Counted from the first letter of the stretch, positions 37,909 through 48,332 are shown. The stretch: 59,744 nucleotides of DNA from Candidatus Micrarchaeota archaeon (GCA_021827665.1 JAKAUR010000026.1:1-59744); one strand, 5' to 3'. Notes: generated by a model not told the origin, from the sequence alone. Program-made: numbers and translations.

Positions 37909-38106
37909 TGATGCGGCACCCGCAGGTAATGTTTGGCGTGGAAGTGCTTAATTAGTATGCGGCTTTTTCAGACCGTAAATAATACGTTTTAAGTTTTGCG
38001 ATATTTATACTTGACTCCATGTTTTATAATCGCCTTATTATATGGCTTTTGGCATAGGTTTAAAAATCTGATAATGCAAAGATAATTTGACCAGTCGGTG
38101 ATTTTA

Positions 38107-38484
38107 ATGGGTAGGGAAAAGATTTCAAAAAATGGTGGGCGAAACGCTTCAAGCGCTCCCAAAGACGACATAGTGGAGCTTGGCTTGGAGGAGGCAATGG
38201 ACCTCATAGGAAAGAAGAACACGAAGCTCGTCTGGCTAGGGTCGGAGCCTGAAGATGTAATAAGCAGGGCCATAGACGTGCCTAGGGAGATGATAGTTAG
38301 AATTACTCCTGAGGACATAATCTATTATGACGAAAAGCAGATGAAGAAGCTCAACAACCACGTATTTGCAGGTTATCAGGACAGCACTTCAAAGTTCGTC
38401 ATAAGGTTTATGAGGAACAAGTGCGGCTTGGAAGCCGCTTCCTTGAAGGGAGGAGTAAACAGCATAATTGGGGACATACTCTGA
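38107..38484 (+). CDS. Rhodanese-like domain protein (no active-site Cys)
   Basis: C-terminal 'AASLKGGV'; the expected Cys loop reads VFAGYQDSTS. Confidence 0.5.
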   Translation: MGREKISKNGGRNASSAPKDDIVELGLEEAMDLIGKKNTKLVWLGSEPEDVISRAIDVPREMIVRITPEDIIYYDEKQMKKLNNHVFAGYQDSTSKFVIRFMRNKCGLEAASLKGGVNSIIGDIL

Positions 38485-38526
38485 AATTCCCCGTATCTTT
38501 TCTTTGTTTTACGTATTTAGCATTAG

Positions 38527-38598
38527 TGGGCCCGCGGAGAGTCGAACTCCGGTCTCAAGCGTGTAAGGCTCGCATCTTAACCGCTGGACTACGGGCCC
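38527..38598 (-). tRNA. tRNA-Val (TAC)
   Basis: Reverse complement folds as GGGCCCG/CGGGCCC, anticodon arm CGAGC-CTTACAC-GCTTG, T-arm CGGAG-TTCGACT-CTCCG. Confidence 0.95.
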
Positions 38599-38610
38599 AA
38601 TAGAGGGCTT

Positions 38611-39843
38611 TCACTTCGAATATTTGTCGCAGAAACGATTTAGTTTATCCATCGCATATTCTAATATGTCTTTCGGAGGAAGTGCGACAACCCTAACGTG
38701 TGAATCCGCACCGAAGCCCGAGCCCCTGCTAAGCATCACGTGCTCTTCTTTTAGGAACCTGTCGACAAATTCGCGGTCATCCTTTATTTTGAGGCTCTTG
38801 AAATCCACCCTTGGCAGTATGTAAAATGCCCCGTTTGGCTCTACCACGCGTATCTTTTCATTCTCCTGAAGTATTTTTACTGCCGCGTTGACGCGTTTCT
38901 CTATCTCAGATACCATGTATTTTATCTCCTTGTTGTGTTCTTTCTCGTTTGACATGGATTCCGCGAATGCGTACTGTGCGGGAGTATTGACGCAGAGCCT
39001 CACGCTGGCGAATTCCGCGAACTTGGATTTCAGCTCTTCTGATTTTTTGTCGCTTTCCGGCAGCAGCATGTAGCCAATCCTGAAACCCGTGGAATCAAAG
39101 TCCTTTGAGGCCCCGTTGAGTATCATGTGCGGCACGCCCTTCGCGAGCTGGCTCAGGCTAGTGAACTTTGCCTTATTGTAGTATATCTCGTCGTATATTT
39201 CGTCGCTTATGAGGAAAACCCCGTATTCATTTGCAAGATCCACGACCTCTTTCAGAACCTTACTGCTGAGCACCGTGCCCGTGGGGTTGTTGGGGTTGGT
39301 TATCAGCATGTACTTTGTCCGCTTTAACCTTCCGGAATTCTTTAGGGATTTCAGGGTCTTCCTTATGCTCTCCGGATTTAGGTCCCACCCATTGGCTTCG
39401 TCGTAATTTTCGTATACTGGAACGCCACCTGAAATCTTCAACTGCGTTAGGTACTGGTTGTAGAATGGCCTGAATATTATCGCATTGTCTCCGGGGTTTA
39501 TCGTAGCCATGTTTATGAAAAGAAGGGCCTCCGAAACGCCAGCAGTCACGATTATATCATCATGAGTCGAGGACACTCCGTATTTTTTCTTGTACCTGCT
39601 TGATATGGCTTTTACCAGCGGCATTACTCCCGAATCCCTGGAATAGCCTGTCCTCCTTTCCCTAAGCGCCTTGACGTAAGCGTCTATTGTATATTTAGGA
39701 GTAGGAAAATACGCAGGCGGGTCGCCCCTGTTTATTTCTATGACTTTTATGCCGCGTTTTATTAGCAAATCGGCAACTTTTTCCTCTTCCAGGATTGAAT
39801 TGTGCGCAAATGCGCTTCTTTTTGACAGGATTGAAACGCCCAT
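38611..39843 (-). CDS. PLP-dependent aminotransferase class I/II
   Basis: NPNNPTG, SDEIY and SK...GFRIG motifs. Confidence 0.92.
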   Translation of the reverse strand: MGVSILSKRSAFAHNSILEEEKVADLLIKRGIKVIEINRGDPPAYFPTPKYTIDAYVKALRERRTGYSRDSGVMPLVKAISSRYKKKYGVSSTHDDIIVTAGVSEALLFINMATINPGDNAIIFRPFYNQYLTQLKISGGVPVYENYDEANGWDLNPESIRKTLKSLKNSGRLKRTKYMLITNPNNPTGTVLSSKVLKEVVDLANEYGVFLISDEIYDEIYYNKAKFTSLSQLAKGVPHMILNGASKDFDSTGFRIGYMLLPESDKKSEELKSKFAEFASVRLCVNTPAQYAFAESMSNEKEHNKEIKYMVSEIEKRVNAAVKILQENEKIRVVEPNGAFYILPRVDFKSLKIKDDREFVDRFLKEEHVMLSRGSGFGADSHVRVVALPPKDILEYAMDKLNRFCDKYSK

Positions 39844-39891
39844 CTTTACACCCGTTATCAATTGCACGCATAATGATTTAACGGTAGTGCG

Positions 39892-41679
39892 TCATCGTTT
39901 TGTGACTAGCCAGCCCTGGAGGTAAAGCATGTCGAGGCCGCTCGATGCAAAACTCCTAAGAGCCTGTGTCGGGGTTTCCACCAATGGCTCGCCGGCATTG
40001 TTGAAACTTGTGTTGACCACTATGCCCTCGCCGGTATCGGATTCGAAACCTTTTATGAGCTTGTACCACAGAGGATTTAGCTTTGCCGAAACCGTCTGAG
40101 GCCTAGCGGTCATGTCCACGTGGTTTATTGCAGGGGCATTCTCTTCGGCCGATTTTGTCGTATGGAACATCATGACCATGAATTCGTGCCTTACCGGATC
40201 GACAAAGTACTTTTTCATTGAATTTTCTAGGAGTGATGGTGCCAGAGGCCTCCACCACTCCCTGCCTTTTATCGTATTGACCTTGTCCCAAGTTCCCCTG
40301 TTGCGCGGATCGGCGACTATGCTCCTGTTGCCCAGCGCCCTTGGACCAAGCTCTGAACGGCCGTTGTAGAATCCGACCACCATGCCCTTTTCTATTGCCG
40401 ACAGAACGCCAGAAATGTCATCGCCCACCTTTTCCGATTTGAGTTTGGATTTTATAACGCTAGCCTTTACCTCGTCTTCCGAGTACGAATCGCCAAGATA
40501 TACCGAGCTTAGCCTTCCGTGACTTATCACGCCTCCGAGTTCTGAATATGCGTAGGCGGCTGCCCCTATTGGCCCTCCGGAATCGTTTGCTGCGGGAAAA
40601 ACGGATATGTTGCCGAATATTTTTGAATAGTGGAGCTCCATGTTGGCCTTTGCGTTCAGGGCCGAACCTCCGGACAGGACAAGATTCTTCTGCCCGGTCT
40701 CAGACTTTATGCGCTCGGCAACTCCCAGAAGCAAGTTTTCAAAGAAGGATTGCATCGTGTGGGCATAATCGCATGCAGTCTGATTTAGCTTTCGGGAACC
40801 TGCTTCATGCATTATCGGAGTTTTGGAATCAGTAACGTATTCCGCTATCCCGTCATACATCTGATCTTGGAGTGGCTGCAATAAAGATTTTTTAACCTGA
40901 TATAAACCATTGCTCCCGGCAACTGCGCTCTTGAGCCTTTTCATCATCTTCGCGTTGTCCCTGCCATATGGGGCCAGGCCCATTACCTTTCCCGGGCCTT
41001 CTAGCCTGGAGAAACCCAGATATTTAGAGACGTACTCGTACAGATAACCCATTGAGAGCGAATTCCACGACTGCCCGAAAACATTTTCGAAAGAGCCCCT
41101 CTTGACCGACCATGCTGTGGTCGAATCGGTTTCGCCCTGCCCGTCCACAACGATTGACGCTGCACTGTCGAAGCCCGAAAAATAGTATGCTGAAGCAGCA
41201 TGTGCCAGATGGTGACGGACCGGAATTACCCTTATCTCGTTTTCATTGGAGCTGTAGCCCATGTGCAAAAGCACTTCCTTTATGAAAAGCCTGGCGGACC
41301 AGGCAAAATCAAGCCTTGAGGTGACGGATCTGGTTATGGTGCGCATCGTAGAAGAGTATGCCAGGCTCGCCATATCGTTCCTAAGTGCGTAGTCCTTGAC
41401 GAGCGAAGCCTGAGAGAACGAATGCCATGCCCTTGACTTGACGCCGTAGAGCCTCGGGTCGAAATTGGTTGCATACGCGTCAACGTTGCCTGGGCTTATC
41501 CCGTAATTGCCCTTTAGGAACCTGAAACAGTGCTCCAATGCGTTTGCGGGCAGCTCATAAGGCGAGTGCTTGTTCCTAGTGTAGCGCTCCTCTTCCGAAG
41601 CGTATACCAGCTTGCCGTCCAGGATTGCAGCGACTGCGTTGTCGTGGAAGTTCGGCCAGTTGAAACCAATTACCAACAC
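39892..41679 (-). CDS. Carbamoyltransferase, NodU/CmcH family
   Basis: HD, EEER, HHLAHAASAY, GKVMGLAPYG, GPRALGNRS and NTSFN motifs. Confidence 0.93.
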   Translation of the reverse strand: MLVIGFNWPNFHDNAVAAILDGKLVYASEEERYTRNKHSPYELPANALEHCFRFLKGNYGISPGNVDAYATNFDPRLYGVKSRAWHSFSQASLVKDYALRNDMASLAYSSTMRTITRSVTSRLDFAWSARLFIKEVLLHMGYSSNENEIRVIPVRHHLAHAASAYYFSGFDSAASIVVDGQGETDSTTAWSVKRGSFENVFGQSWNSLSMGYLYEYVSKYLGFSRLEGPGKVMGLAPYGRDNAKMMKRLKSAVAGSNGLYQVKKSLLQPLQDQMYDGIAEYVTDSKTPIMHEAGSRKLNQTACDYAHTMQSFFENLLLGVAERIKSETGQKNLVLSGGSALNAKANMELHYSKIFGNISVFPAANDSGGPIGAAAYAYSELGGVISHGRLSSVYLGDSYSEDEVKASVIKSKLKSEKVGDDISGVLSAIEKGMVVGFYNGRSELGPRALGNRSIVADPRNRGTWDKVNTIKGREWWRPLAPSLLENSMKKYFVDPVRHEFMVMMFHTTKSAEENAPAINHVDMTARPQTVSAKLNPLWYKLIKGFESDTGEGIVVNTSFNNAGEPLVETPTQALRSFASSGLDMLYLQGWLVTKR

Positions 41680-41683
41680 TTTA

Positions 41684-42349
41684 TCACTTGTCCGAAAGCT
41701 CTGCCCCGTCTATTATGTATTCCCCGACTGTGCCGTCCCAGGTTATGTGGTATGAGGTTATTTTTACCCTTTTTTTGAACATCGGGGCGTTTAGCACGAA
41801 GGATTCCGCCTCGCCTCCTTCGAAGGCGACGTTTATCCTGTATTTCTTTTTTAACGCCACGAGCCTTTCTACGACATCCCTGTTTATTGTGACGCCTACG
41901 AAAGATTCGTCCAGGCCGTATGCCGCCACCTTTGTTATTATGGCTTCGAACTTGTCCGCAATCTCCAAAAGCTCCTTCTCCTGGTCCATTCCCCACAGCG
42001 GGGATATCATTTCTATTCCCTGCTCCTTGCATATGGATTCTATGCGGTCCTTCTGGTACCTGCTGGCTATGGCCCCTGTTATGAGCTTGGTAACGTTGTT
42101 GGCTTTGAGCGCCTCGCGCAGGTCGTTGAGCTCTAGTTCCTTTTCCCCTTCCGTGTCCCATATGACGTGCTTTATGCCCATGGCCTTGGCCTGCAGGGAG
42201 GTGTACTTTATGTTGGGCTTGTGGAACATGTAGCTGTCCTCGTTGTACGGCTTCATGGTTATGAGCAGCTTGGGCTTTGAGCCCGCTTCGCTGGCCTTGT
42301 GTATCGCCAGCGTCGAATCCTTTCCTCCGCTGAAAAGTGCAGCTATCAT
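41684..42349 (-). CDS. dph6: Diphthine--ammonia ligase (Dph6, PP-loop)
   Basis: LFSGGKDS, SYMFH, YQKDRIE and EGGEAES motifs. ATG overlaps the nth stop. Confidence 0.88.
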   Translation of the reverse strand: MIAALFSGGKDSTLAIHKASEAGSKPKLLITMKPYNEDSYMFHKPNIKYTSLQAKAMGIKHVIWDTEGEKELELNDLREALKANNVTKLITGAIASRYQKDRIESICKEQGIEMISPLWGMDQEKELLEIADKFEAIITKVAAYGLDESFVGVTINRDVVERLVALKKKYRINVAFEGGEAESFVLNAPMFKKRVKITSYHITWDGTVGEYIIDGAELSDK

Positions 42350-42987
42350 TTTTTCACCGTGCTTGATGGGCATATCCTGTTGAGAACGCAGGCCTCGCAA
42401 TGCTTGGCCCTTGCAGTGCAAACGTCCCTGCCAAGGGCTATGAAGAGGTGCGTCACGTTACCCCAGTCTTTCTTTGGCGTTATTTTAATCATCTCCTTTT
42501 CTATCTTTTCCGCGTTCGTGCCCTTCGCCAGGCCCAGCCTGTTGCACACCGTTATGCAGTGCGTGTCTATGGCTATTCCCTCGCTCTTGCCGAACCAGTT
42601 ATATTGCACCACGTTGGCGGTCTTCCTGCCCACCCCGGGAAGAGTCTGCAGTGACGCTATGTCGCTTGGCACTTCCCCGTTAAAGTCCTTCTCTAGGGCC
42701 TTAGCCGCTTTTATTATGTTTTTTGACTTGTTGCGATACAGCCCTATGGATTTCGTGTATTTGTACAGCTCGTTAAGGCCCATGCCTGCATAATCTCCGA
42801 CATCCCGATGGTCGTGAAAGAGTTTTTTGGTGACTACGTTCACCTGCCTGTCCTGGGCCTGTGCCGAAAGCATTGTGGCCACGAGCAGCTCCCACGCGCT
42901 TGAATATTCCAGCGTGCTTTTCATATGCCCGGCATACCTTTTCTTGAGCAGGTAAAGCACTTTTCTTAGAAAGGGCTGTTTAGACAT
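42346..42987 (-). CDS. nth: Endonuclease III (HhH-GPD, Fe-S)
   Basis: LSAQ, LPGVGRKTANVV, IDTH and four C-terminal Cys. Confidence 0.93.
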   Translation of the reverse strand: MSKQPFLRKVLYLLKKRYAGHMKSTLEYSSAWELLVATMLSAQAQDRQVNVVTKKLFHDHRDVGDYAGMGLNELYKYTKSIGLYRNKSKNIIKAAKALEKDFNGEVPSDIASLQTLPGVGRKTANVVQYNWFGKSEGIAIDTHCITVCNRLGLAKGTNAEKIEKEMIKITPKKDWGNVTHLFIALGRDVCTARAKHCEACVLNRICPSSTVKK

Positions 42988-43090
42988 CGCCAGAGCCAAC
43001 ACCAGAGTTATTTATAGTTTGCAGCGCTATAAGTATGCTTTATATTGACATTTTTTAGACTTTTACGTAAACATCGTTATAGGTAATTGT

Positions 43091-44209
43091 TTGAGCGGGA
43101 ATAAGACCGAAAATGCCGATTTCAAAAAGGCCAAGATAGACCTTATAATGAAGAGGAAGGAGGAACACATAAGGATATGCCTTGATCAGCCAGTCCAGGC
43201 TAAGAGCGCAAGGACCCTTTTCAACGACATGAAGCTAATAAACAACTCGCTGCCAGAGATAGACTTCGATGACATAGACACCGGAACGACGTTCCTCGGA
43301 AAGAAGTTTTCCGCTCCCTTCATGGTCGGAGCTATGACAGGCGGGGCCGAGATGGCCAAGAAGATAAACGCAAATATAGCAGAGGCGGTAGAAGAGCTAG
43401 GACTGGGAATGGCGCTGGGAAGCCAGAGGGCAGCGCTTTATGATGATGTTCTTGAAGACACATATACCATTGCCAGAAAAAAGGCACCCCATGCCTTCAT
43501 AGGCGCTAACATAGGTGGAGCGCAGATATCCAAAGGCATGGGAATCACAGATATAAGAAAACTTGTTGGCATGGTCGACGCCGATGCTTTGTATGTGCAC
43601 CTGAACCCGGCGCAGGAGATAGTCCAACCCGAGGGAGAACCCAAATACAGGAACGTTCTCGAAGGCATAAAAGGAATAGTCTCTTCCGTAGACAGGCCGG
43701 TAATAGCAAAAGAGGTCGGCTTCGGATTGTCGCCGAAAGTTGTTGGCCAGCTCGAGAAGGCTGGAGTCAAGGCGGTAGAAACGGCAGGCATGGGAGGCAC
43801 GAGCTATGCGGCTGTGGAATGGTACAGGGCCAAGGCCATGGGAATGGCTTCAAAGGTTGACCTCGGGAACCTGCTATGGGACTGGGGAATACCAACGGCG
43901 GCTTCGCTTTACATGATAAGAAAGCGCTCCAAGATACCGGTAGTGTCTTCCGGAGGCCTTAGGACAGGAATGGACGTTGCCAAATCGCTTATAATGGGCG
44001 CGTCGCTTACTGCCATGGCCCTGCCCATATTAAGGCCTGCAACAAAATCCCCTGAAGATGTAAAGAAGTTCATAAGCAATATAATACTGGAGCTCAAGAG
44101 CGTAATGTTCCTGCTCGGAGCGAAGAGCATAAAGGAGCTGACCGACGTTCCTTATGTCGCAACCGGAGAACTTGCGACATGGAAGGATTACGCTGACAAA
44201 AACCTGTAA
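43091..44209 (+). CDS. fni: Type 2 isopentenyl-diphosphate delta-isomerase
   Basis: RKEEHI, AMTGG, GSQR, HLNPAQE..QPEG, KEVGFG and GGTS motifs. Confidence 0.95.
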   Translation: MSGNKTENADFKKAKIDLIMKRKEEHIRICLDQPVQAKSARTLFNDMKLINNSLPEIDFDDIDTGTTFLGKKFSAPFMVGAMTGGAEMAKKINANIAEAVEELGLGMALGSQRAALYDDVLEDTYTIARKKAPHAFIGANIGGAQISKGMGITDIRKLVGMVDADALYVHLNPAQEIVQPEGEPKYRNVLEGIKGIVSSVDRPVIAKEVGFGLSPKVVGQLEKAGVKAVETAGMGGTSYAAVEWYRAKAMGMASKVDLGNLLWDWGIPTAASLYMIRKRSKIPVVSSGGLRTGMDVAKSLIMGASLTAMALPILRPATKSPEDVKKFISNIILELKSVMFLLGAKSIKELTDVPYVATGELATWKDYADKNL

Positions 44210-44257
44210 CTCGGTTCTTTGCGCCGCTTGTGGCGGTAAACATGGTTTGGTGGGGAT

Positions 44258-44908
44258 ATGGCATATAGAAGTTCAGGCAAGGATTCGCAGAAGATAGTGA
44301 GCGCTCTGGAAACGCATTACAAGGACGTGCATTATTACCTAAATTTCGGCAACCCCGTGGAATTAATGGTAGCCGCGATATTGTCGGCACAGACGAGGGA
44401 TACCACCGTAAACGCGTTGACTCCGGCGCTTTTCAAAAGATACAGGAGCGCGAAGGATTATGCCAATTCCACCGAAGAGGAATTGCTCGGATATGTAAAG
44501 GGGGTCTTCTACGCCAAGAACAAGGCCTCGAACATAATAAAGGCGTGCAAAATAATAGAGGACAAATACAATGGAAAGGTCCCGGATAGCATGGACGAAC
44601 TAGTCGAGCTTCCGGGCATAGGAAGAAAGACGGCCAATACGATATTGATAAATGCATACGGGATAGTAGATGGCATACCTGTAGACACGTGGGTCATAAA
44701 GCTTGCGTACAGGATGGGATTCAGCGAGAGCAAAAATCCCAACATAATAGAAAAGGACTTGGAGAAGATAGTTGACAAAAAGTACTGGAAGAACATTTCG
44801 TACATCTTGAAGGAACACGGGAAACAGATATGCGGCACTGTGCCGAAATGCAGTTCCTGTTTTCTGAAAGACATGTGCCCTAAAAACGGCGTGGTAAAAA
44901 GCGAGTAA
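44258..44908 (+). CDS. nth: Endonuclease III (second paralogue)
   Basis: LSAQ, LPGIGRKTAN, VDTW and C-terminal Cys cluster. Confidence 0.9.
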   Translation: MAYRSSGKDSQKIVSALETHYKDVHYYLNFGNPVELMVAAILSAQTRDTTVNALTPALFKRYRSAKDYANSTEEELLGYVKGVFYAKNKASNIIKACKIIEDKYNGKVPDSMDELVELPGIGRKTANTILINAYGIVDGIPVDTWVIKLAYRMGFSESKNPNIIEKDLEKIVDKKYWKNISYILKEHGKQICGTVPKCSSCFLKDMCPKNGVVKSE

Positions 44909-44909
44909 G

Positions 44910-45368
44910 ATGCCAACAAAAAAATGCATAGTTGCAGGATGCATGGTAATTGAAGGAGGCAAGATGCTTATGTTAAAGCACAGGAAGCTCGGCATATGGG
45001 TTCCGCCAGGTGGCCATGTCGAAGAAAACGAATTCCCCTACGAAGCCGCGATAAGGGAAACGAAGGAGGAGACGGGTGTTGACGTAGAGCTCATAGGAGA
45101 TGACAACGTGAAGCATGCGGACGAAGCAGCACATACGCTACCAGAGCCTTTCGCAATACTGTACGAAAACGTGCCATACAAGACCAAACCAATGCACATA
45201 CATTTCGATATGGTCTATGTTGGAAGGATTGTTGGAGGAGAAGTTGCCGCGAACGATGAAAGCACCGACATAAAATGGATGGACAGGGAAGAGATAAGCA
45301 TTATGGAGAGCTTTCCGAATGTTAAGGAAGTCGCATTGAAGGCCTTGGAAAAATACGCAGATATGTAG
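44910..45368 (+). CDS. NUDIX hydrolase
   Basis: GGHVEENEFPYEAAIRETKEETG Nudix box. Confidence 0.93.
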   Translation: MPTKKCIVAGCMVIEGGKMLMLKHRKLGIWVPPGGHVEENEFPYEAAIRETKEETGVDVELIGDDNVKHADEAAHTLPEPFAILYENVPYKTKPMHIHFDMVYVGRIVGGEVAANDESTDIKWMDREEISIMESFPNVKEVALKALEKYADM

Positions 45369-45371
45369 GTA

Positions 45372-46646
45372 ATGCCAATGAAGATCGTAGCTGATTTGCA
45401 TGTCCATTCGAGATTTGCCATGGCTTGCAGCGAAGCGATAAACCCCAAATCCATGGCTGAAACGGCCAAGGAGAAAGGCATAAACGTCCTGGGGACCGGA
45501 GACATACTGCACCCCGAATGGATGAAGGAGATTGAGAAGAACACCGTGAGCGAAGGCAACGGCTTATATGTGCTCAACGGATCTGAGAATAAAACGGCAT
45601 TCGTTCCGAGCGCAGAGGTTTCGACAATATTCGAGGGAAGGGACAAAAGAATAAAAAAGATACACAACTGCATATTGCTGCCAAGCCTCGAATCGGCCAA
45701 GGAGCTTTCCGAAAGGCTCGGCAAATACGGAAGCATGGGCAGCGACGGAAGGCCGCAGCTGCAGATAAGCGCTGCGCACTTCGTCGACATAGTGAAAGAG
45801 GTAGACAAAAGGGCTTTCATATTCCCTGCACACCTGTGGACTCCGTATTTCGGTGCGCTGGGCGCCATGTCCGGATTCGACTCCATAAAGGAGGCGTACG
45901 AGGACAGGGAAAAGGACATACGGGCTTATGAAAGCGGGCTTAGCTCCGACCCGAAAATGAACTGGCGGATATCCGAACTCGACAAATACACGCTCATATC
46001 AAACAGCGACATGCACTCCCTTGCCAACATGGGCAGGGAGACAAACGTTCTCGAACTTGAGGAATTGTCATACGATTCGGTGATAAAGGCGATAGTTGAC
46101 AAAGATGAGGAAAGGTTCAAGCTCACCGTCGAATACTACCCCGAAGAGGGGAAATACCACTATGACGGCCACAGGGAATGCGGATACTCTGTGAATCCTG
46201 AGGAGAACAAATCGACGGTCTGCAAGGTCTGCGGCAAGAAGCTGGTTATTGGGGTATTGCACAGGGTTGACGACCTGGCCGACAGGCCAGTAGGATACGT
46301 GCCTAAAGTGCACATACCATACATACATTCGGTGCCGCTTATCGAAGTCATATCATATGCGAAAAAGAAGACAAGATACACGCAGGAGGTCAAGGAATCG
46401 TATTCCAAGCTCATAGAAAGATTCGGCGACGAAATGGACGTGCTGACAAAGGCAAAGGTAAGCGACATAAGCGAGATTGCCGGAGAGGACATAGCGGAAT
46501 GCATAGACAACGTGCGCAACGACAGGATAAAGATAAGGCCCGGTTACTCGGGCGTTTTTGGAGAGCTTGACCTTTTGGGAAGGGAGCCCGAGCCGAAGAG
46601 CAGGGCGACCCAGCAGAAGAGCATGAAGGATTTCTTTACAGGGTAA
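45372..46646 (+). CDS. endoQ: Endonuclease Q family (PHP + Zn finger)
   Basis: DLHVHS, GTGD, PAHLWTP, SNSDMHS, GKYH and CKVCG motifs. Confidence 0.88.
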   Translation: MPMKIVADLHVHSRFAMACSEAINPKSMAETAKEKGINVLGTGDILHPEWMKEIEKNTVSEGNGLYVLNGSENKTAFVPSAEVSTIFEGRDKRIKKIHNCILLPSLESAKELSERLGKYGSMGSDGRPQLQISAAHFVDIVKEVDKRAFIFPAHLWTPYFGALGAMSGFDSIKEAYEDREKDIRAYESGLSSDPKMNWRISELDKYTLISNSDMHSLANMGRETNVLELEELSYDSVIKAIVDKDEERFKLTVEYYPEEGKYHYDGHRECGYSVNPEENKSTVCKVCGKKLVIGVLHRVDDLADRPVGYVPKVHIPYIHSVPLIEVISYAKKKTRYTQEVKESYSKLIERFGDEMDVLTKAKVSDISEIAGEDIAECIDNVRNDRIKIRPGYSGVFGELDLLGREPEPKSRATQQKSMKDFFTG

Positions 46647-46650
46647 TTCA

Positions 46651-47136
46651 ATGGCGGTGCTTGAAGAAGGGGATGTGAGATTGAGGCCGGCAAACCTCAA
46701 GGAGGACATGGGATTTTTCCTTGAATGGTACACGAATCCTGACGTGCTTTTCTATTCCGAGGGGCCCAAGGCCATGCCGTACGGCCCAGACGTGATAGAA
46801 AGGATGAACAGGGCGTTATCAGAGATTGGCGAGGCCTACGTCATAGAAATAAAAGAGAACGGATCTTGGAAGCCCATAGGCGATGCAAGCATAACCAAGG
46901 AAAAAACGCCGATAACAATAGGCGCGGAAGAATACTGGGGAAGAGGAATAGGGACAAAGGTGCTCGGCCTGCTCATAAAACGCGCCAGGGAGCTCGGCTT
47001 GGATAAGCTCAAAGTAGGCGGGATTTACGAATACAATGCAAGAAGCGTGAAGCTGTACTCAAAGGCGGGGTTCGTCGAAACAGGGCGCGTGGAAGAGGAC
47101 GGCTATGCATGCATAAGGATGGAGCTTAAGCTCTAG
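46651..47136 (+). CDS. GNAT (RimJ/RimL-like) N-acetyltransferase
   Basis: YWGRGIG and N..S.KLY.KAGF motifs. Confidence 0.9.
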   Translation: MAVLEEGDVRLRPANLKEDMGFFLEWYTNPDVLFYSEGPKAMPYGPDVIERMNRALSEIGEAYVIEIKENGSWKPIGDASITKEKTPITIGAEEYWGRGIGTKVLGLLIKRARELGLDKLKVGGIYEYNARSVKLYSKAGFVETGRVEEDGYACIRMELKL

Positions 47137-47144
47137 ATGGTTTT

Positions 47145-47900
47145 ATGGCTGTGAGTTTTATTTCTTGGAATGTCAACGGCATAAGAGCGACAAAGGAAGA
47201 GGCGCTGAAGCTCATAAAAAGCGAGGAGCCAGACATAATGGCATTTCAGGAGATAAAGGCAGACGACAAAACCATGCCGAAGGAATTTTATGGTATGGGC
47301 TATGAAGTTGAGCTGAATCCTGCGGAAAAAAAGGGCTACAGCGGGACTATGTGCCTTGCCAAAAGTAAGCCTATTTCGGTCCTCGACGATTTCGAGGACA
47401 ATGAGGGGAGGGTGCAGGCGCTTGAGTTCTCCGATTTCTATTTCATAAATTCATACTTCCCTAATTCGAGAAGGGATTTGTCTCGGCTTGACCTCAAGCG
47501 CGATTTCAATAGGCGGATGCTGGAATACATAAAGAGGCTTGAAAGGAAGAAGCCAGTAGTCATATGCGGCGACTTCAACGTCGCGCATGAAGAGATAGAC
47601 ATAGCGAGGCCAAAGGAGAACGCGCACAACGCTGGATTTACGGCAGAGGAGCGCAGCGGCATGGACTCGTTCATAGCTTCCGGGCTTGTAGACACATTCA
47701 GGATTTTTAACAATGAGCCTGGCAACTACACGTGGTGGTCCTACATGTTCAAGGCTAGGGAAAAGAACATAGGATGGCGCATAGATTATTTCCTGATATC
47801 CAAAAAGCTTAAGGACAAGGCATTAAGCGCCAGCATATTGAAGGACATTAAAGGGTCTGATCATGTGCCGATAAAGCTCGTTCTTGACTGCATTATGTAA
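47145..47900 (+). CDS. xth: Exodeoxyribonuclease III / AP endonuclease
   Basis: SWNVNG, QEIK, GDFNVAH, GWRIDY and SDH motifs. Confidence 0.95.
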   Translation: MAVSFISWNVNGIRATKEEALKLIKSEEPDIMAFQEIKADDKTMPKEFYGMGYEVELNPAEKKGYSGTMCLAKSKPISVLDDFEDNEGRVQALEFSDFYFINSYFPNSRRDLSRLDLKRDFNRRMLEYIKRLERKKPVVICGDFNVAHEEIDIARPKENAHNAGFTAEERSGMDSFIASGLVDTFRIFNNEPGNYTWWSYMFKAREKNIGWRIDYFLISKKLKDKALSASILKDIKGSDHVPIKLVLDCIM

Positions 47901-47903
47901 AGC

Positions 47904-48332
47904 TTATTTGACTACTTCCTGTATGTAGGAGGGATAGACCTTCCTGACCCCATCTATGGACATCATTCTCTCTATTTCCGAGTCCACCGATTCCGAATCT
48001 GATGCTATTATCGCTATTGCGGAATGGTCTCCGCTTGACCTGTAAAGCTCCTTCACGGACTGGAGCTCCTTTATCGAATTCATGGTCTTCATGTAGCTCT
48101 CCGGCTCTATATCTAGACCGACTATGACTTCAGACATGCCCAGCCTGTTGAGCCTGGCCCTTGCCTTGTAGCCTATTATGACGTTGGATTTGGAAAGCTG
48201 GGCTATCCTGTTTCGTATTGTTCCAGGGCTGACTCCATATGCACTAGCCAGCTCTTCTACCGGCACCTTGGAATTGGTTATGAGCCTGTCCATTATGAGC
48301 TTGTCCAGCGTTTTAGGCAAATCTTTTGTCAT
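47904..48332 (-). CDS. Lrp/AsnC family transcriptional regulator
   Basis: N-terminal HTH (ELA...GVSPGTIRNRI) and RAM domain (SSGD). Confidence 0.9.
   Translation of the reverse strand: MTKDLPKTLDKLIMDRLITNSKVPVEELASAYGVSPGTIRNRIAQLSKSNVIIGYKARARLNRLGMSEVIVGLDIEPESYMKTMNSIKELQSVKELYRSSGDHSAIAIIASDSESVDSEIERMMSIDGVRKVYPSYIQEVVK

Noticed and set aside
36517-38526. Intact integrative element between tRNA-Asn and tRNA-Val
   Set aside because: No integrase and no duplicated tRNA end found by eye.
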